Shown here: piece by piece, positions 23,015-36,315 of the stretch
Position numbering within the stretch: position 1 is the stretch's first letter
How the letters are laid out: each line of letters opens with the position of its first letter
Origin: Octopus bimaculoides
Lineage: Eukaryota
Assembly: GCF_001194135.2 (NCBI RefSeq)
Contig: NC_068991.1
Location: 10,948,254-10,988,113 of the forward strand
Length of the DNA: 39,860 bases
Direction of reading: 5' to 3'
Translations under genes and position numbers: made by a program
Notes under the pieces: model-generated
What the model was told of the DNA's origin: nothing
Database searches by the model: none
What the model saw: only the letters and a program-made list of their open reading frames with translations

Positions 23015-23405
23015 CATAATTGCAATAAATGAGGTGATGGTTTCGAACCATTCCTTTTTCACATCACATGCTAAATATACCTCTCACTACCACCACCACC
23101 ACCACCACCACCTCTAAACTCCCTACTCCCACTGGAACTAAAGAGGAGGAGGGTGCACCTGCAACCCCCCCCCCAAAAAAAAGAATATGAAAAATACAAA
23201 GACCCACAAACACAAAAACAAAAAGAAAAAAACCCCAAAAAACAAAACATGCACACTTACACAGACTCACTCACTCACACATACACAAACACACATGTGC
23301 AGACATGTGCACAGACACACACACATGCATTGCACATGTGTGCAAGTTCTTACGGTTTTCCCTTGATCTCAGATTACTCATTTACATTACGATTTTTTTT
23401 ATTAC

Positions 23406-23445
<40 letters not shown>

Positions 23446-23694
23446 TTGTGAAGTAGTAGTGGTGGTATTGGTGGTGGTGGCAGTGGTGTATGAGGACCTA
23501 CATGTTTCCCCTGGAAAAGATGGTAGAGCACATGGAGGACCCTAGAAACAAAAGACCACCCCCCACCTCCATGACACACCCCTCCCTTCACTTCCCTATT
23601 CCTGCTGCTCCCTCTGTTGCAGCAACGCAACTTTTGGTTTGCAATATATTTTAAACCTGGTCTTTTGGTTTTTCATCTACATTCTGGTTTAATG

Positions 23695-23850
23695 AGATAA
23701 GGTACCAACAGCAACCATATATCCCCAGGTGTATTTTGCCATTCAACCTTCCGAGGTTGATGAAACAAAATATTCACCTGTCTGAAGGTTGTGAAGAGGT
23801 GCTCCATCTCGGCCACAGTCCATTGATTAAAGCCAGTATAACGAATCCAA
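23695..23850 (+). mobile_element. Degenerate SINE remnant
   Basis: GCCATTCAACCTTCCGAGGTTGATGAAAC and GTGCTCCATCTCGGCCACAGTC match other SINE copies in the window. Confidence 0.45.
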
Positions 23851-25831
23851 GAATAACTGTAGGGGTGATACTGAAATGTCTGTGACCCCTTCTGTGGTCA
23901 TTTATAATTGTTTTGTTAGAACTAATAATTATTATTTTTATTATTCTTTTTTTTTTTTATTCCTGTTGGTATATGATTGTGGGTAAGATGATGACGGTGC
24001 TGTTGCCTGGTCTGTAACTAATGAAAAAGGAACAGAGCAGGCGTTTATTAGATGAGGGTGTTTATTTACGATTATTTAAAAAGAATATAACCCTTACTGC
24101 ATCTTTTTTTTTTTTAATGTTTTGGGGACAAACAAATCCACCACCAAAGACCACCATCACCACTTTCCCTCCACCAAAAAAACTATCCTACATGTAAGAT
24201 TGGAGNNNNNNNNNNNNNNNNNNNNNNNNNNNNNNNNNNNNNNNNNNNNNNNNNNNNNNNNNNNNNNNNNNNNNNNNNNNNNNNNNNNNNNNNNNNNNNN
24301 NNNNNNNNNNNNNNNNNNNNNNNNNNNNNNNNNNNNNNNNNNNNNNNNNNNNNNNNNNNNNNNNNNNNNNNNNNNNNNNNNNNNNNNNNNNNNNNNNNNN
24401 NNNNNNNNNNNNNNNNNNNNNNNNNNNNNNNNNNNNNNNNNNNNNNNNNNNNNNNNNNNNNNNNNNNNNNNNNNNNNNNNNNNNNNNNNNNNNNNNNNNN
24501 NNNNNNNNNNNNNNNNNNNNNNNNNNNNNNNNNNNNNNNNNNNNNNNNNNNNNNNNNNNNNNNNNNNNNNNNNNNNNNNNNNNNNNNNNNNNNNNNNNNN
24601 NNNNNNNNNNNNNNNNNNNNNNNNNNNNNNNNNNNNNNNNNNNNNNNNNNNNNNNNNNNNNNNNNNNNNNNNNNNNNNNNNNNNNNNNNNNNNNNNNNNN
24701 NNNNNNNNNNNNNNNNNNNNNNNNNNNNNNNNNNNNNNNNNNNNNNNNNNNNNNNNNNNNNNNNNNNNNNNNNNNNNNNNNNNNNNNNNNNNNNNAAGAA
24801 AAAAGAGAATTCTATATTATATTATATTATAAGAAGTGTATGTTTTTTTTCTTCTTTTCTCTTTCAAGAATGGATGAAGTGAAAAGCAAAAATCAAAGAA
24901 GTCCCACCTCATCCCTCTCCTCTAAATTTTTACCCAAACTTATCCATACCTTCTTTGATAAAAAAAACCTCTAAATGATTGTTTCAAGCACCTTCTTTCA
25001 CATACTCATACATAACTACGNNNNNNNNNNCATAACTACGAATATCCATACCCATACATACATACATACATACATACACATACATACATACATACACATA
25101 CATACATACATACATACATACATACATACATAAATACATATGCATACATAGATAAATGCATATATACATACATACATGCAGGCATACATGCCTACATACA
25201 TGCTTATATACATGCATACACATGCATGTATATAGGGTAATACAAGGTATAGATTTCATTGTGGTTACTAACAGTTTTTGTCAAACAACACACACACACA
25301 CACACACATATATATANNNNNNNNNNTACATGCATACATATGTACACACATACACACACAAGTATATCTTTGGTCTTTTTCCTGTATTTGAAAATCTTTG
25401 TTCTGAGGTGGATCTGGTGGAATTATCTGGAATATGATTGGTTGATTAGCAACAGCCATGTTGAGTGTTGATGTTGTTGATTAGCAACGACCAAAAGTTG
25501 ATATTGTTCTAAATGATGATAACGATGACGACAGCAAATGCTGACGATGTTGGTGAGGATGATCTTCGGGGTGACAGCATCACGACTCTGCTGAGGAGAA
25601 GACAGAGGAAGGGATCATTTCAGAAACAACACTAGTGATGATTATGGTTCTAGTTATGATGATGATGATGATGATGAAGAGAAAGAGGAGGAGGATCAAG
25701 ATGATGATGATGATGAGGAGGAAGAGGAGGAGGAGGTGGGTATCAATAATAATAATAATTTCTAGAACTGTTGAAATTGATGATGGTAACGATGTCTATA
25801 ATGTTGGTGTTGATGTTGTTCTCGTTCTAGT

Positions 25832-25862
<31 letters not shown>

Positions 25863-28829
25863 GATGATGATGATGATGACTTTGTACACAAATATTCTTT
25901 ATTTGTTTTTGTTTTTGTATTTTCAGTATATATGTAGGTCGATTTCTGTGAGTGTTTACCTGTGTGTGTATATCTATATATATACATGTATTTGTATGTA
26001 TGTGTGCATATGTGTGTGTGTGTCTATGTGTCTACTGATGTAGACAATGCATAATTTTTACCACACTGTTACAAATAGTTTCACCACCGTGTCAAAAAAA
26101 AAAAACAATAACTCAATTAATCATAGAAAGATATAAGACCAGCAATTTTCTATGAAGGCAGCCTTTATGGATAGTCACTGGTCCTATCGTATCTGATAAT
26201 TGGTCAGTTGTTTTTCCTGCAACTGTGTCATAGATATATAAGTAACAGTGCTAATTCATTGAGCGTGTATGTGTATGTTGCTCTACAATTGTTTCAAAAA
26301 CTCCATTTTTGTTTATGTTATTTCATCTACATTAATATGTATGTATACATCTTTCATATTTATCAAGTCTGTGTGATTGTATATATCATTGTTCTTGTAC
26401 CGTCAGTTTGAAGGACAACCTCTTAGGGACTTCGTTGGCATGTGCTCACCACTGTGATTGATGTTGGGTAGTTCTCAACAGGTGATGTATGGGTCGGTTG
26501 TCCTTTTAATGTTTTTTACCATCAGCCCACTGTTATTGCAGCCTGCCAGCTCAGTGCTCACTGGGAATTTTACTAAGCATGAGGGTGTGCTTGAAACTGG
26601 TAGATATGGCCCAGATTATGTTAGTTTACACTTGCGCACAGTGTTTAGCTGGCTTGGAGGATTCCATACTTAGAGCAAGACATTGGGACATATATTGTTC
26701 TTGTAGACCATTCACAGGTAAAAGTGTTATAAGTGAAAATATAATAAGCAAAGCTTTTCCTAAGTGAAACTGTTATGTATACAGAACTGGACTAGTGTTA
26801 ATTTTTGTAAAACAGCCTTCATAGCATACATATTAACTGTATTATTGATTGTAAATGCATAACATGTTTATACTTGAGTGTCATACTCATGTTATTTTAT
26901 AGTGTAATTATGCAAATTACTTAACTATTCAGAAACATCTGTAATCTGAAGCATTTCTGGTCCCAAGCATCTTAGATAACAGATTATCAACTGTAATGAT
27001 TATAACAGAAATAAGTTTCCAGCTGGTACTGAGAAACTCAACAAAGGAGGGTAATTGGGATTTTTGCTTTGTTTTGAACTGGTTTAGTTTCTGTTTTTTG
27101 TTTATGTATTACTATGACATACTTACACACATCCATATAGTTATGTATATAATTAGATCTATGTAAAAATTTATATAATCCATAGATATGAACACAACAT
27201 ATGAGCCTACAATATGAAGAAAAATTTTTGAACCTAAGACCATAAAAGTAAGGTAGTTTTAAAACTTTTGATTGCTATGACCTGATTGTCCTAAAAGACT
27301 ACACCACAGTGAAGATAAGCCATGATTAAGTGTTGCAGTTCAATGCCTGGGCCAGTGAATCTGTATATGATCTGGTTCTAGCAGAACAAATAAATGTCAT
27401 TGCTAGGGCATGAACAGTGAAATGAGAATTATCTACTCCTGTGGTTTGAATAAAGGGTTTAGTTTGAAATTCCAACAACGATACCAAATATAGCAGACAC
27501 CTGAAAAAAGGCTCCTAGGATACAAAAGATGAAACACTGTGACTTTAACAACTGCTATGATATACTAGTCCAAAGAATTCTTTGTATAGCATACAAATCT
27601 GTTATTATATAGACAAATATGTTAATGGATATGTTATAACGAACTTTTCTATATATATATAATGGAAATATATAAAAACTGTACCTTCCACTTAGTTTGA
27701 AGTAGAGAAGTGAAAAGGAAGAACGACCCATCACACATGGTTTTTATTTATTTATTTATTTATTTTAATTTATTTTATTTAATTTCTAAACTACAGTTAA
27801 ACAAAATATTGTTTTGAGATTTCTGTCTCAGACATTTAAAAGGCCAGTAAAAACGTTTTAGCTTTTCCAGGTTAAGACATCACACTATCATGTGATCAAA
27901 ATAGGAATGCTGGGAAATATTGAAGACAGATCTTTTTTTTTAATTACTTGTTTAAGTGTTATTAAGTGTTACGTTTGTGCTTATCAGCTTATCAATGAAT
28001 AAACATATATTCAGTAAAATATGTGCATATACTTATAAGTATACATGCATATATATACATACATACATGCATACATACACATATATATATGTGTGTGTAC
28101 ACATATNNNNNNNNNNNNNNNNNNNNNNNNNNNNNNNNNNNNNNNNNNNNNNNNNNNNNNNNNNNNNNNNNNNNNNNNNNNNNNNNNNNNNNNNNNNNNN
28201 NNNNNNNNNNNNNNNNNNNNNNNNNNNNNNNNNNNNNNNNNNNNNNNNNNNNNNNNNNNNNNNNNNNNNNNNNNNNNNNNNNNNNNNNNNNNNNNNNNNN
28301 NNNNNNNNNNNNNNNNNNNNNNNNNNNNNNNNNNNNNNNNNNNNNNNNNNNNNNNNNNNNNNNNNNNNNNNNNNNNNNNNNNNNNNNNNNNNNNNNNNNN
28401 NNNNNNNNNNNNNNNNNNNNNNNNNNNNNNNNNNNNNNNNNNNNNNNNNNNNNNNNNNNNNNNNNNNNNNNNNNNNNNNNNNNNNNNNNNNNNNNNNNNN
28501 NNNNNNNNNNNNNNNNNNNNNNNNNNNNNNNNNNNNNNNNNNNNNNNNNNNNNNNNNNNNNNNNNNNNNNNNNNNNNNNNNNNNNNNNNNNNNNNNNNNN
28601 NNNNNNNNNNNNNNNNNNNNNNNNNNNNNNNNNNNNNNNNNNNNNNNNNNNNNNNNNNNNCTTCCTTTTAATAACAGTTAATATAGTTTATTTTACAAGT
28701 TTTCTTAGTTTCATTCTGTTCAACCTAATACTTGCAGTTTAAAGATTACTTTGTTAAAAAGTAATAATAATAATGATGATGATAATAGTAATAATAATAA
28801 TAATAATAATTATTATTATTATAATAATC

Positions 28830-28872
<43 letters not shown>

Positions 28873-29399
28873 CTGTAATAATAAGGGTGTTTGAACTGAC
28901 AGAATATGTAAATTGGTGGCAGATAAAATAGTTTACAGTATTTTGTTTTAGTTTCATACCTAAACAGTCAGGGTTCAAGTCCTCGCTTCACATTTCTATT
29001 GGCTCAGCATTGTTAAAAGGAAAAACAAAAGGGACCTAATAGAATCAATTATAAGAAATAGATTTCACTCTGCAACTCACACACATACATGCACACAAAT
29101 TTACATATATGCACATTTACATATATGCACATGGACATACACATGTGCACACATGTGCACACATGCACACACGCAAACATGAATGTATGTGTGAGAAATC
29201 TGACAAGCAACAACACGCATATACATGTATGTGTGTGCATGCNNNNNNNNNNTGTGTGTGCATGTACGCAGATATGCTACCATAATTCAGACAAGAAGTT
29301 TAGGTATTTGGGAAACAAACATTTCAATACAACAATAACAATAACAACAACAACAAATTTTGATAACTTCAAAGTATCTGTACTCCAATGCCATCTCTA

Positions 29400-29930
29400 C
29401 GGCCACCCCCACCACCACCACCATTACCAGCACCTTGACCACTGCCGTTTGCACCACTGTCTCCCCAATCCAACCAATACCACTGCCTCTTATAGCACGA
29501 CTATCACCTGAAACACCACCACTACCACCACAACCACTATCATCATCTTCACTGTTACCATCTCAACCACCACCTTTACCACCACCACCACCACCACCAC
29601 AACCACCATCACTACCAGTACAATCATCTACCATCATCTCCATCACCAACACCACCTCCATCACCATCACCACCACCATCTCCTCTTGTCTGACTACCAC
29701 CCACATCACTGTCACCATCACCACCACCATCACCAGCCATCACTGCTCTTGTTACTGCTCTTGCCACCAAAATTGCCAAACCACTGCCAAATGTTTCACC
29801 ACCACCACCACTACCGCCACCACCACTACCACCACCATTCCCATCTCACCCATAACCACCACCACCACCACCACCACCACCACTGCTAACAGCACTACTA
29901 GCACTGTAATCCCCATCATCAACCTCACTC
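29400..29930. repeat. (ACC/ATC)n degenerate microsatellite
   Basis: Direct inspection; source of the Thr/Pro/His-rich ORFs. Confidence 0.9.
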
Positions 29931-31077
29931 CTATATCAGCTCATGTATTTTGCCCCTCCNNNNNNNNNNNNNNNNNNNNNNNNNNNNNNNNNNNNNNNNN
30001 NNNNNNNNNNNNNNNNNNNNNNNNNNNNNNNNNNNNNNNNNNNNNNNNNNNNNNNNNNNNNNNNNNNNNNNNNNNNNNNNNNNNNNNNNNNNNNNNNNNN
30101 NNNNNNNNNNNNNNNNNNNNNNNNNNNNNNNNNNNNNNNNNNNNNNNNNNNNNNNNNNNNNNNNNNNNNNNNNNNNNNNNNNNNNNNNNNNNNNNNNNNN
30201 NNNNNNNNNNNNNNNNNNNNNNNNNNNNNNNNNNNNNNNNNNNNNNNNNNNNNNNNNNNNNNNNNNNNNNNNNNNNNNNNNNNNNNNNNNNNNNNNNNNN
30301 NNNNNNNNNNNNNNNNNNNNNNNNNNNNNNNNNNNNNNNNNNNNNNNNNNNNNNNNNNNNNNNNNNNNNNNNNNNNNNNNNNNNNNNNNNNNNNNNNNNN
30401 NNNNNNNNNNNNNNNNNNNNNNNNNNNNNNNNNNNNNNNNNNNNNNNNNNNNNNNNNNNNNNNNNNNNNNNNNNNNNNNNNNNNNNNNNNNNNNNNNNNN
30501 NNNNNNNNNNNNNNNNNNNNNNNNNNNNNNNNNNNNNNNNNNNNNATGTGAGCATGTATAAAATTCATATATGTGTGTGTGTATGTGTTAGCATGTATAT
30601 AATTTATATTTATATATATTCCTGTAAAATTCTTTTTCCTACAGTTCTTCGTTAGCTAATATGGTTTACAATCTGATGCTTATCCTTCCCTGGTTTTGTT
30701 TTGGGGGCTGTTGTTTGTTTTGTTTTCCATCATCTGTTTCAAGTGATGCCTTATAACATCACAAAGAACAGAATATGTATGGGGGTTTTAGCTAATGCTG
30801 AGTTTGCTGAAAAACTGTCTGTCCATCTGAGCTGACATTTGATGATGCTGCCGATTGACTAAGTGTCTTACAGCGACCAGTTTCTGTCTCCATACATTTT
30901 AAGTTCAAATCCTACCAAGAACAACCATGCCTTTAATTTCTCTAGTCATCTTTTTGAAGAGAACAATAGACTTTGCTTCTCCTGGACATCACATATCTGA
31001 GGCCTTGTGTCAAAATAACAAATTATCCTGATCATCATTATTATTATTATTAATATTATTATTATTATTATTATGTA

Positions 31078-31447
31078 GCGAAAGCGAAATCGTTATGACA
31101 GCTGTGGCCAGCATCGCCTTCCTGGCACTTGTTCCAGTGGCACATGTAAAGACATTCGAGCGAGATCGTTGCCAGTGCCGCCGAACTGGCTCCTGTGCAG
31201 GTGGCACGTAAAATACACCATTTCGAGCGTGGCCGTTGCCAGTACCGCCTGACTGGCCCTCGTGCCGGTGGCACGTTAAAGCACCCACTACACTCTCGGA
31301 GTGGTTGGCGTTGGGAAGGGCATCCAGCTGTAGAAACTCAGCCAAATCAGATTGGAGCCTGGTGTAGCCATCTGGTTTCACCAGTCCTCAGTCAAATCAT
31401 CCAACCCATGCTAGCATGGAAAGCAGACATTAAACGACGATGATGAC
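31078..31447 (+). mobile_element. RTE-tail retroposon, most complete copy, with about 67-nt internal tandem units
   Basis: TTCGAGCG recurs at 31155 and 31222; GTGGCAC..TAAA recurs three times; ends GACATTAAACGACGATGATG. Confidence 0.8.
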
Positions 31448-31744
31448 ATTAATGATGTAAGCCCTTGTGGCCAATAAAAGAATTAATTACTATCATTATT
31501 ATTGCTATTGTCATTGGTTTGCCAAATTGGCAGAGCATCAGACAAAATATACATTATTTAATTATTTTCAAACTGACGTAGCTTTTCATACTTTTGGGAG
31601 TTAAAAAAAAAAAGAGAAGTCCTAGGTTTGATATAATCCCTTATTTTTCCTCTCACTAAAATCCCTGGCCCTTGTTAAAAAAACAAAGATATTTGTTAAA
31701 AATCCTTGGTGGAATCTGATTTGTGAAAAATAAAATATTTTGTC

Positions 31745-31840
31745 GTTGAAATATTCGATGTCGCTCCATGTTCTGCCAAGGTGGTTCACATTGCCTTTCA
31801 TTTGTCTGGATTGATAAAATAAAGTACCACTCACATGTAG
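31745..31840 (+). mobile_element. Degenerate SINE remnant
   Basis: GCCAAGGT...TTGCCTTTCAT...GATAAAATAAAGTACC central block. Confidence 0.45.
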
Positions 31841-32001
31841 GAGGTGGGATAATATAATAAGCTATAAACTACCCAAAATGCATGGCCTTCTGTTTCTATT
31901 TGAAATTCAATTTCTATATAAACCTCCCCGCACATTTAGTAATCTCCCCCTGCAGTGCACCATCATCTATTGCCCTTTTGGCACTAATAAAGAAAAGATT
32001 A

Positions 32002-32066
<65 letters not shown>

Positions 32067-32071
32067 GTTAT

Positions 32072-32300
32072 GAAGGTGGTGAGCTGGCAGAATCATTAAC
32101 ATACCTTGCAAAATACTTAGTGATATTTCGTCTGTGTCTACATTTTGAGTTCAAATCTCCACCGAGGTTGACTTTGCCTTTCATTCTTTCGGGGTTGATG
32201 AAATAGGTACCAGATTCACACTGGGGTTGATATAATCGACTAGCTCCTAACCCCTAAATTTTAGGCCTTGTACCTTTAGTAGAAAGGATTATTATTATTA
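32072..32300 (+). mobile_element. Full-length tRNA-derived SINE flanked by (ATT)n
   Basis: Head GAAGGTGGTGAGCTGGCAGAATC, B box GAGTTCAAATC, central block, tail GGCCTTGTACCTTTAGTAGAAAGG then (ATT)n. Confidence 0.85.
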
Positions 32301-32606
32301 TATGTTTGACTTTTGCTTTGCATTTCTACAAGTTGACTCCAAGTCTCACCCAGAGACCTCAAAAGACAACAAGTTAGAAGTTCCTGTTGGTTTTATGCCT
32401 AGGGTGTCATATATTTGGTTTCGTACGTAGTATTGTTCTAGAGAATGTTTAAAAAAACCATAAGAAGATTATGAGTTTGTTTTAGAGTTTAAGATTACAT
32501 AGACAGTATTTTACGTAGGATATGGGCAGTTCCCATGAGCACTATCTTTTGAATTTCTGCCATTTTGGGATTTCCTGGTATCTGAGCTAGGTAGCAATCA
32601 GCCCAC

Positions 32607-32608
<2 letters not shown>
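32301..32608 (-). mobile_element. 5'-truncated R4/Dong-like (RLE-type) LINE 3' end
   Basis: Minus frame 32608-32495 reads KWADCYLAQIPGNPKMAEIQKIVLMGTAHILRKILSM*, matching the R4-clade C-terminal IQKxxLLGTAHILRKxL pattern from memory. About 190 nt of 3' UTR follows; both flanks are (TAA)n on the element strand. Confidence 0.75.
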
Positions 32609-32642
<34 letters not shown>

Positions 32643-33140
32643 CATTGTTGTTGTTGTAGCCAATTTCTCATATGTTTCCCTAATTTTTTTTACGGCTTCT
32701 AGAGAAATTATTTGGTTCATTTATATAGACATTAAATGTCTTTCATTTAAAATTCTTCGATATGATTTTTTTCCAGGCATGCTCTGTATTTTGTGTCTTC
32801 CACATTTCAAATAATTGTCTTGTGCTGGTGTTATTGTTGTTGTTGTTGTTCTTGTTGTTGTTGTTTTTGTTATAATTGCTGTTATTGTTGTTGTTGTTTA
32901 TTGTTTATTGTTTTTTTTTATTGTTGCCCCCTTTCCCTTGTTTTCTTTTTCTCATCACATCCCACACCCACCTTCTCTTTCTTCTTGCAGTACAAAGTTA
33001 TTTACAAATAAATAAATAAATATAGAAAGAAAGAAAGAAAGAATGAAAGAAAGAATAGAAGGAAGAAAAACAACAAATAAAAGTATAATGAACCATAATG
33101 CATTGTGGTCCACATTGTTGATTGTGTGTGTGTATATATC

Positions 33141-33176
<36 letters not shown>

Positions 33177-33253
33177 ATAAATATATCTACATGTGTGTGT
33201 ATGTGTGTGAGTACATGATATATATATCATCAGTAGTAGCAGTAGCAGTTGTT

Positions 33254-33287
<34 letters not shown>

Positions 33288-34269
33288 ATGTGCACATATT
33301 CAAAAAATGTAGATAGATAGATAGATAGACAGATATATACATATACATAATATACATATATATATACATACATATATATATATATATATANNNNNNNNNN
33401 NNNNNNNNNNNNNNNNNNNNNNNNNNNNNNNNNNNNNNNNNNNNNNNNNNNNNNNNNNNNNNNNNNNNNNNNNNNNNNNNNNNNNNNNNNNNNNNNNNNN
33501 NNNNNNNNNNNNNNNNNNNNNNNNNNNNNNNNNNNNNNNNNNNNNNNNNNNNNNNNNNNNNNNNNNNNNNNNNNNNNNNNNNNNNNNNNNNNNNNNNNNN
33601 NNNNNNNNNNNNNNNNNNNNNNNNNNNNNNNNNNNNNNNNNNNNNNNNNNNNNNNNNNNNNNNNNNNNNNNNNNNNNNNNNNNNNNNNNNNNNNNNNNNN
33701 NNNNNNNNNNNNNNNNNNNNNNNNNNNNNNNNNNNNNNNNNNNNNNNNNNNNNNNNNNNNNNNNNNNNNNNNNNNNNNNNNNNNNNNNNNNNNNNNNNNN
33801 NNNNNNNNNNNNNNNNNNNNNNNNNNNNNNNNNNNNNNNNNNNNNNNNNNNNNNNNNNNNNNNNNNNNNNNNNNNNNNNNNNNNNNNNNNNNNNNNNNNN
33901 NNNNNNNNNNNNNNNNNNNNNNNNNNNNNNNNNNNNNNNNNNNNNNNNNNNNNNNNNNNNNNNNNNNNNNNNNNNNNNNNNNNNAAAAAAAAAAAAAAAA
34001 AAAAAAAAAAGAAAAGAAATTATTCCTCCTGCTGAAATTGAACCTGCTTCACTGAATCAACCTGCTGGGAACTTAACCACCATATTACAATACTTACCAT
34101 CCTTTCAACACAATAAATGTCTTTTACTATGTAAATTATTTGCAATTCATTGCTTTTGATCTCATCTATTGGAAAACTTTCACCTGATCTCATTAGAATT
34201 ATTTTGCTGGATTTGAAAGTTGAAGAATATTATTATTGTTATTATTGTTATTATTATTATTATTATTAT

Positions 34270-34381
34270 AAATTTAGTACAAGTGAAATTCTGGGGGTCG
34301 TTGTAATTGACCAGTCTCCTCCCCAAAATTTTCAGGCCTTGTGCCTATAGTAGAAAAGGATTATTATTATTATTATTATTA

Positions 34382-34433
<52 letters not shown>

Positions 34434-35110
34434 GACAGCGAGCTGGCTGAACAGTTAGCATGCTGGCCAAGATGCTTAGCAGCATTTTGTCTGTCTTTAC
34501 ATTATGAGTTCAAATTCCGCCAAGGTTGAGTGAGTTTGCCTTTCATCATTCTGGGCCACAAGTGCCATTTCAGTACTGGGGTTGATGTAACAAACTTACC
34601 ACTCTCCCAAAATTACTGGCCTGGCGCCAAAGTTTGAAACCATTATTATTAGTATTTTATGGTGGTGCATTGGCAGAATCTTTAGAGCAACAGGCAAGAT
34701 GCTCTATGGTATTTAGTTAGGGATCTTTATGTTCTGAGTTCAAATCCCACCAAGATCAACTTTTCTTTTCATCCTTGGGGGACGGGGAAGTTAACAAAAT
34801 AAAGAACCAATTGTTTACTAAGACTACACCCCTACATCATACGCCTTGTTCCTATATTGGAAATCACTATTATTATAAAGGTTGGTTGGAATCGGAAGGG
34901 ATGCATGAAAATTGCTTTGCTGTATTAAATCATGTAAATTTTACCTTCTGAGTTCAGTTCAACCCAGAATCATTTTTGCCTTGTATTCCACCTGGGTCAA
35001 TTAAAATATAAAATCAAGTCTTGGAATCAATACTTGATTTCTATAATCTTCCTCTTTCAATATCTGTTAACCTGTGCCAATGATAGAAGTAATTAGTATC
35101 ATTATTGTTA

Positions 35111-35154
<44 letters not shown>

Positions 35155-35303
35155 GTTCTGAGTTCAAATGCCGCTGAGGTTGACTTTGCCTTTCATCCTT
35201 TCGGGGGTCGATAAATTAAGTACCAGTGAAACACTGGGGTCAAGGAAATCGATTAGTCCCCTCCTCCAAAATTTCAGGCCTTGTGCCTTTAGTAGAAAGG
35301 ATC
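34270..35303 (+). mobile_element. Head-to-tail array of about five SINE copies (34270-34360, 34433-34645, 34660-34870, 34880-35095, 35155-35303)
   Basis: Repeated GAGTTCAAAT B-box, TTTGCCTTTCATC central block and GGCCTTGTGCC..AGTAGAAAGG tail, each separated by (TAT)n. Confidence 0.8.
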
Positions 35304-36272
35304 ATTATTATTATTATTTTTATTATTATTACAATTATTATTGTTGTTGTTGCTGTTGTGTCTTTCGTGTAACTAGACTGTTTTCTTTGAAAAAATTTTT
35401 ACTACCATTTTTAAATAGCCAACGCAGCATCACATTGCCAAATTCTTCATCGTTGTCACCATTGTTGTCATCGTCATCGTTTTCATTGTCATTGTCATCG
35501 TCATCATCATCATCATCATCATCATTACTATGATGTTTCTTGTTGGGATCTCATCTATCTCCCCCCTCTCCCTGCACACTGGCATGTGTCGAACAGACTT
35601 GGCTCCTGTCATTACCAGCATCGCTATCCCTACCAACGCCACGAGCATCACCAGCACCACCAGCACCACCACTTACCACTACCACCACCGCCACCGCCAA
35701 AACTACCACCAGTACCACCATGACCACCACATCTACCGTCACCATCATAACTATGACCTAAACCACCACCACCACCACCACCACCGCCGCCACCGCCGCT
35801 GCCACCACCTGTCACCTCTACTACTGTTATCTGCTATCATATTCATGCACNNNNNNNNNNNNNNNNNNNNNNNNNNNNNNNNNNNNNNNNNNNNNNNNNN
35901 NNNNNNNNNNNNNNNNNNNNNNNNNNNNNNNNNNNNNNNNNNNNNNNNNNNNNNNNNNNNNNNNNNNNNNNNNNNNNNNNNNNNNNNNNNNNNNNNNNNN
36001 NNNNNNNNNNNNNNNNNNNNNNNNNNNNNNNNNNNNNNNNNNNNNNNNNNNNNNNNNNNNNNNNNNNNNNNNNNNNNNNNNNNNNNNNNNNNNNNNNNNN
36101 NNNNNNNNNNNNNNNNNNNNNNNNNNNNNNNNNNNNNNNNNNTGCTAAATATGTCTGTACAGAGCTGTAAATAAAATGTAAATAAACAAGTTTTTTTCTT
36201 TTTTTTCCATTGATCTCCTTACTGTCAATTTGATCTCTCATCTCTTTTGAACTCTGCCCTCCCTCCTCCCTC

Positions 36273-36309
<37 letters not shown>

Positions 36310-36315
<6 letters not shown>

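Noticed and set aside
23475-23575. Short frames such as MFPLEKMVEHMEDPRNKRPPPPP*
   Set aside because: Two frames are similarly plausible, the upstream sequence is GGT microsatellite and the acceptor is weak; cannot be supported.
25011-25040. CATAACTACG direct repeat resembling a target-site duplication
   Set aside because: Separated only by a 10-N gap; contig overlap.
26400-26770. Unique non-repetitive stretch with small ORFs
   Set aside because: No recognisable domain in six frames, frequent stops and no paired splice signals.
29360-30655. 431-aa Thr/Pro-rich mucin-like ORF
   Set aside because: (ACC)n microsatellite plus gap; overlapping frames are equally open and there is no splice support.
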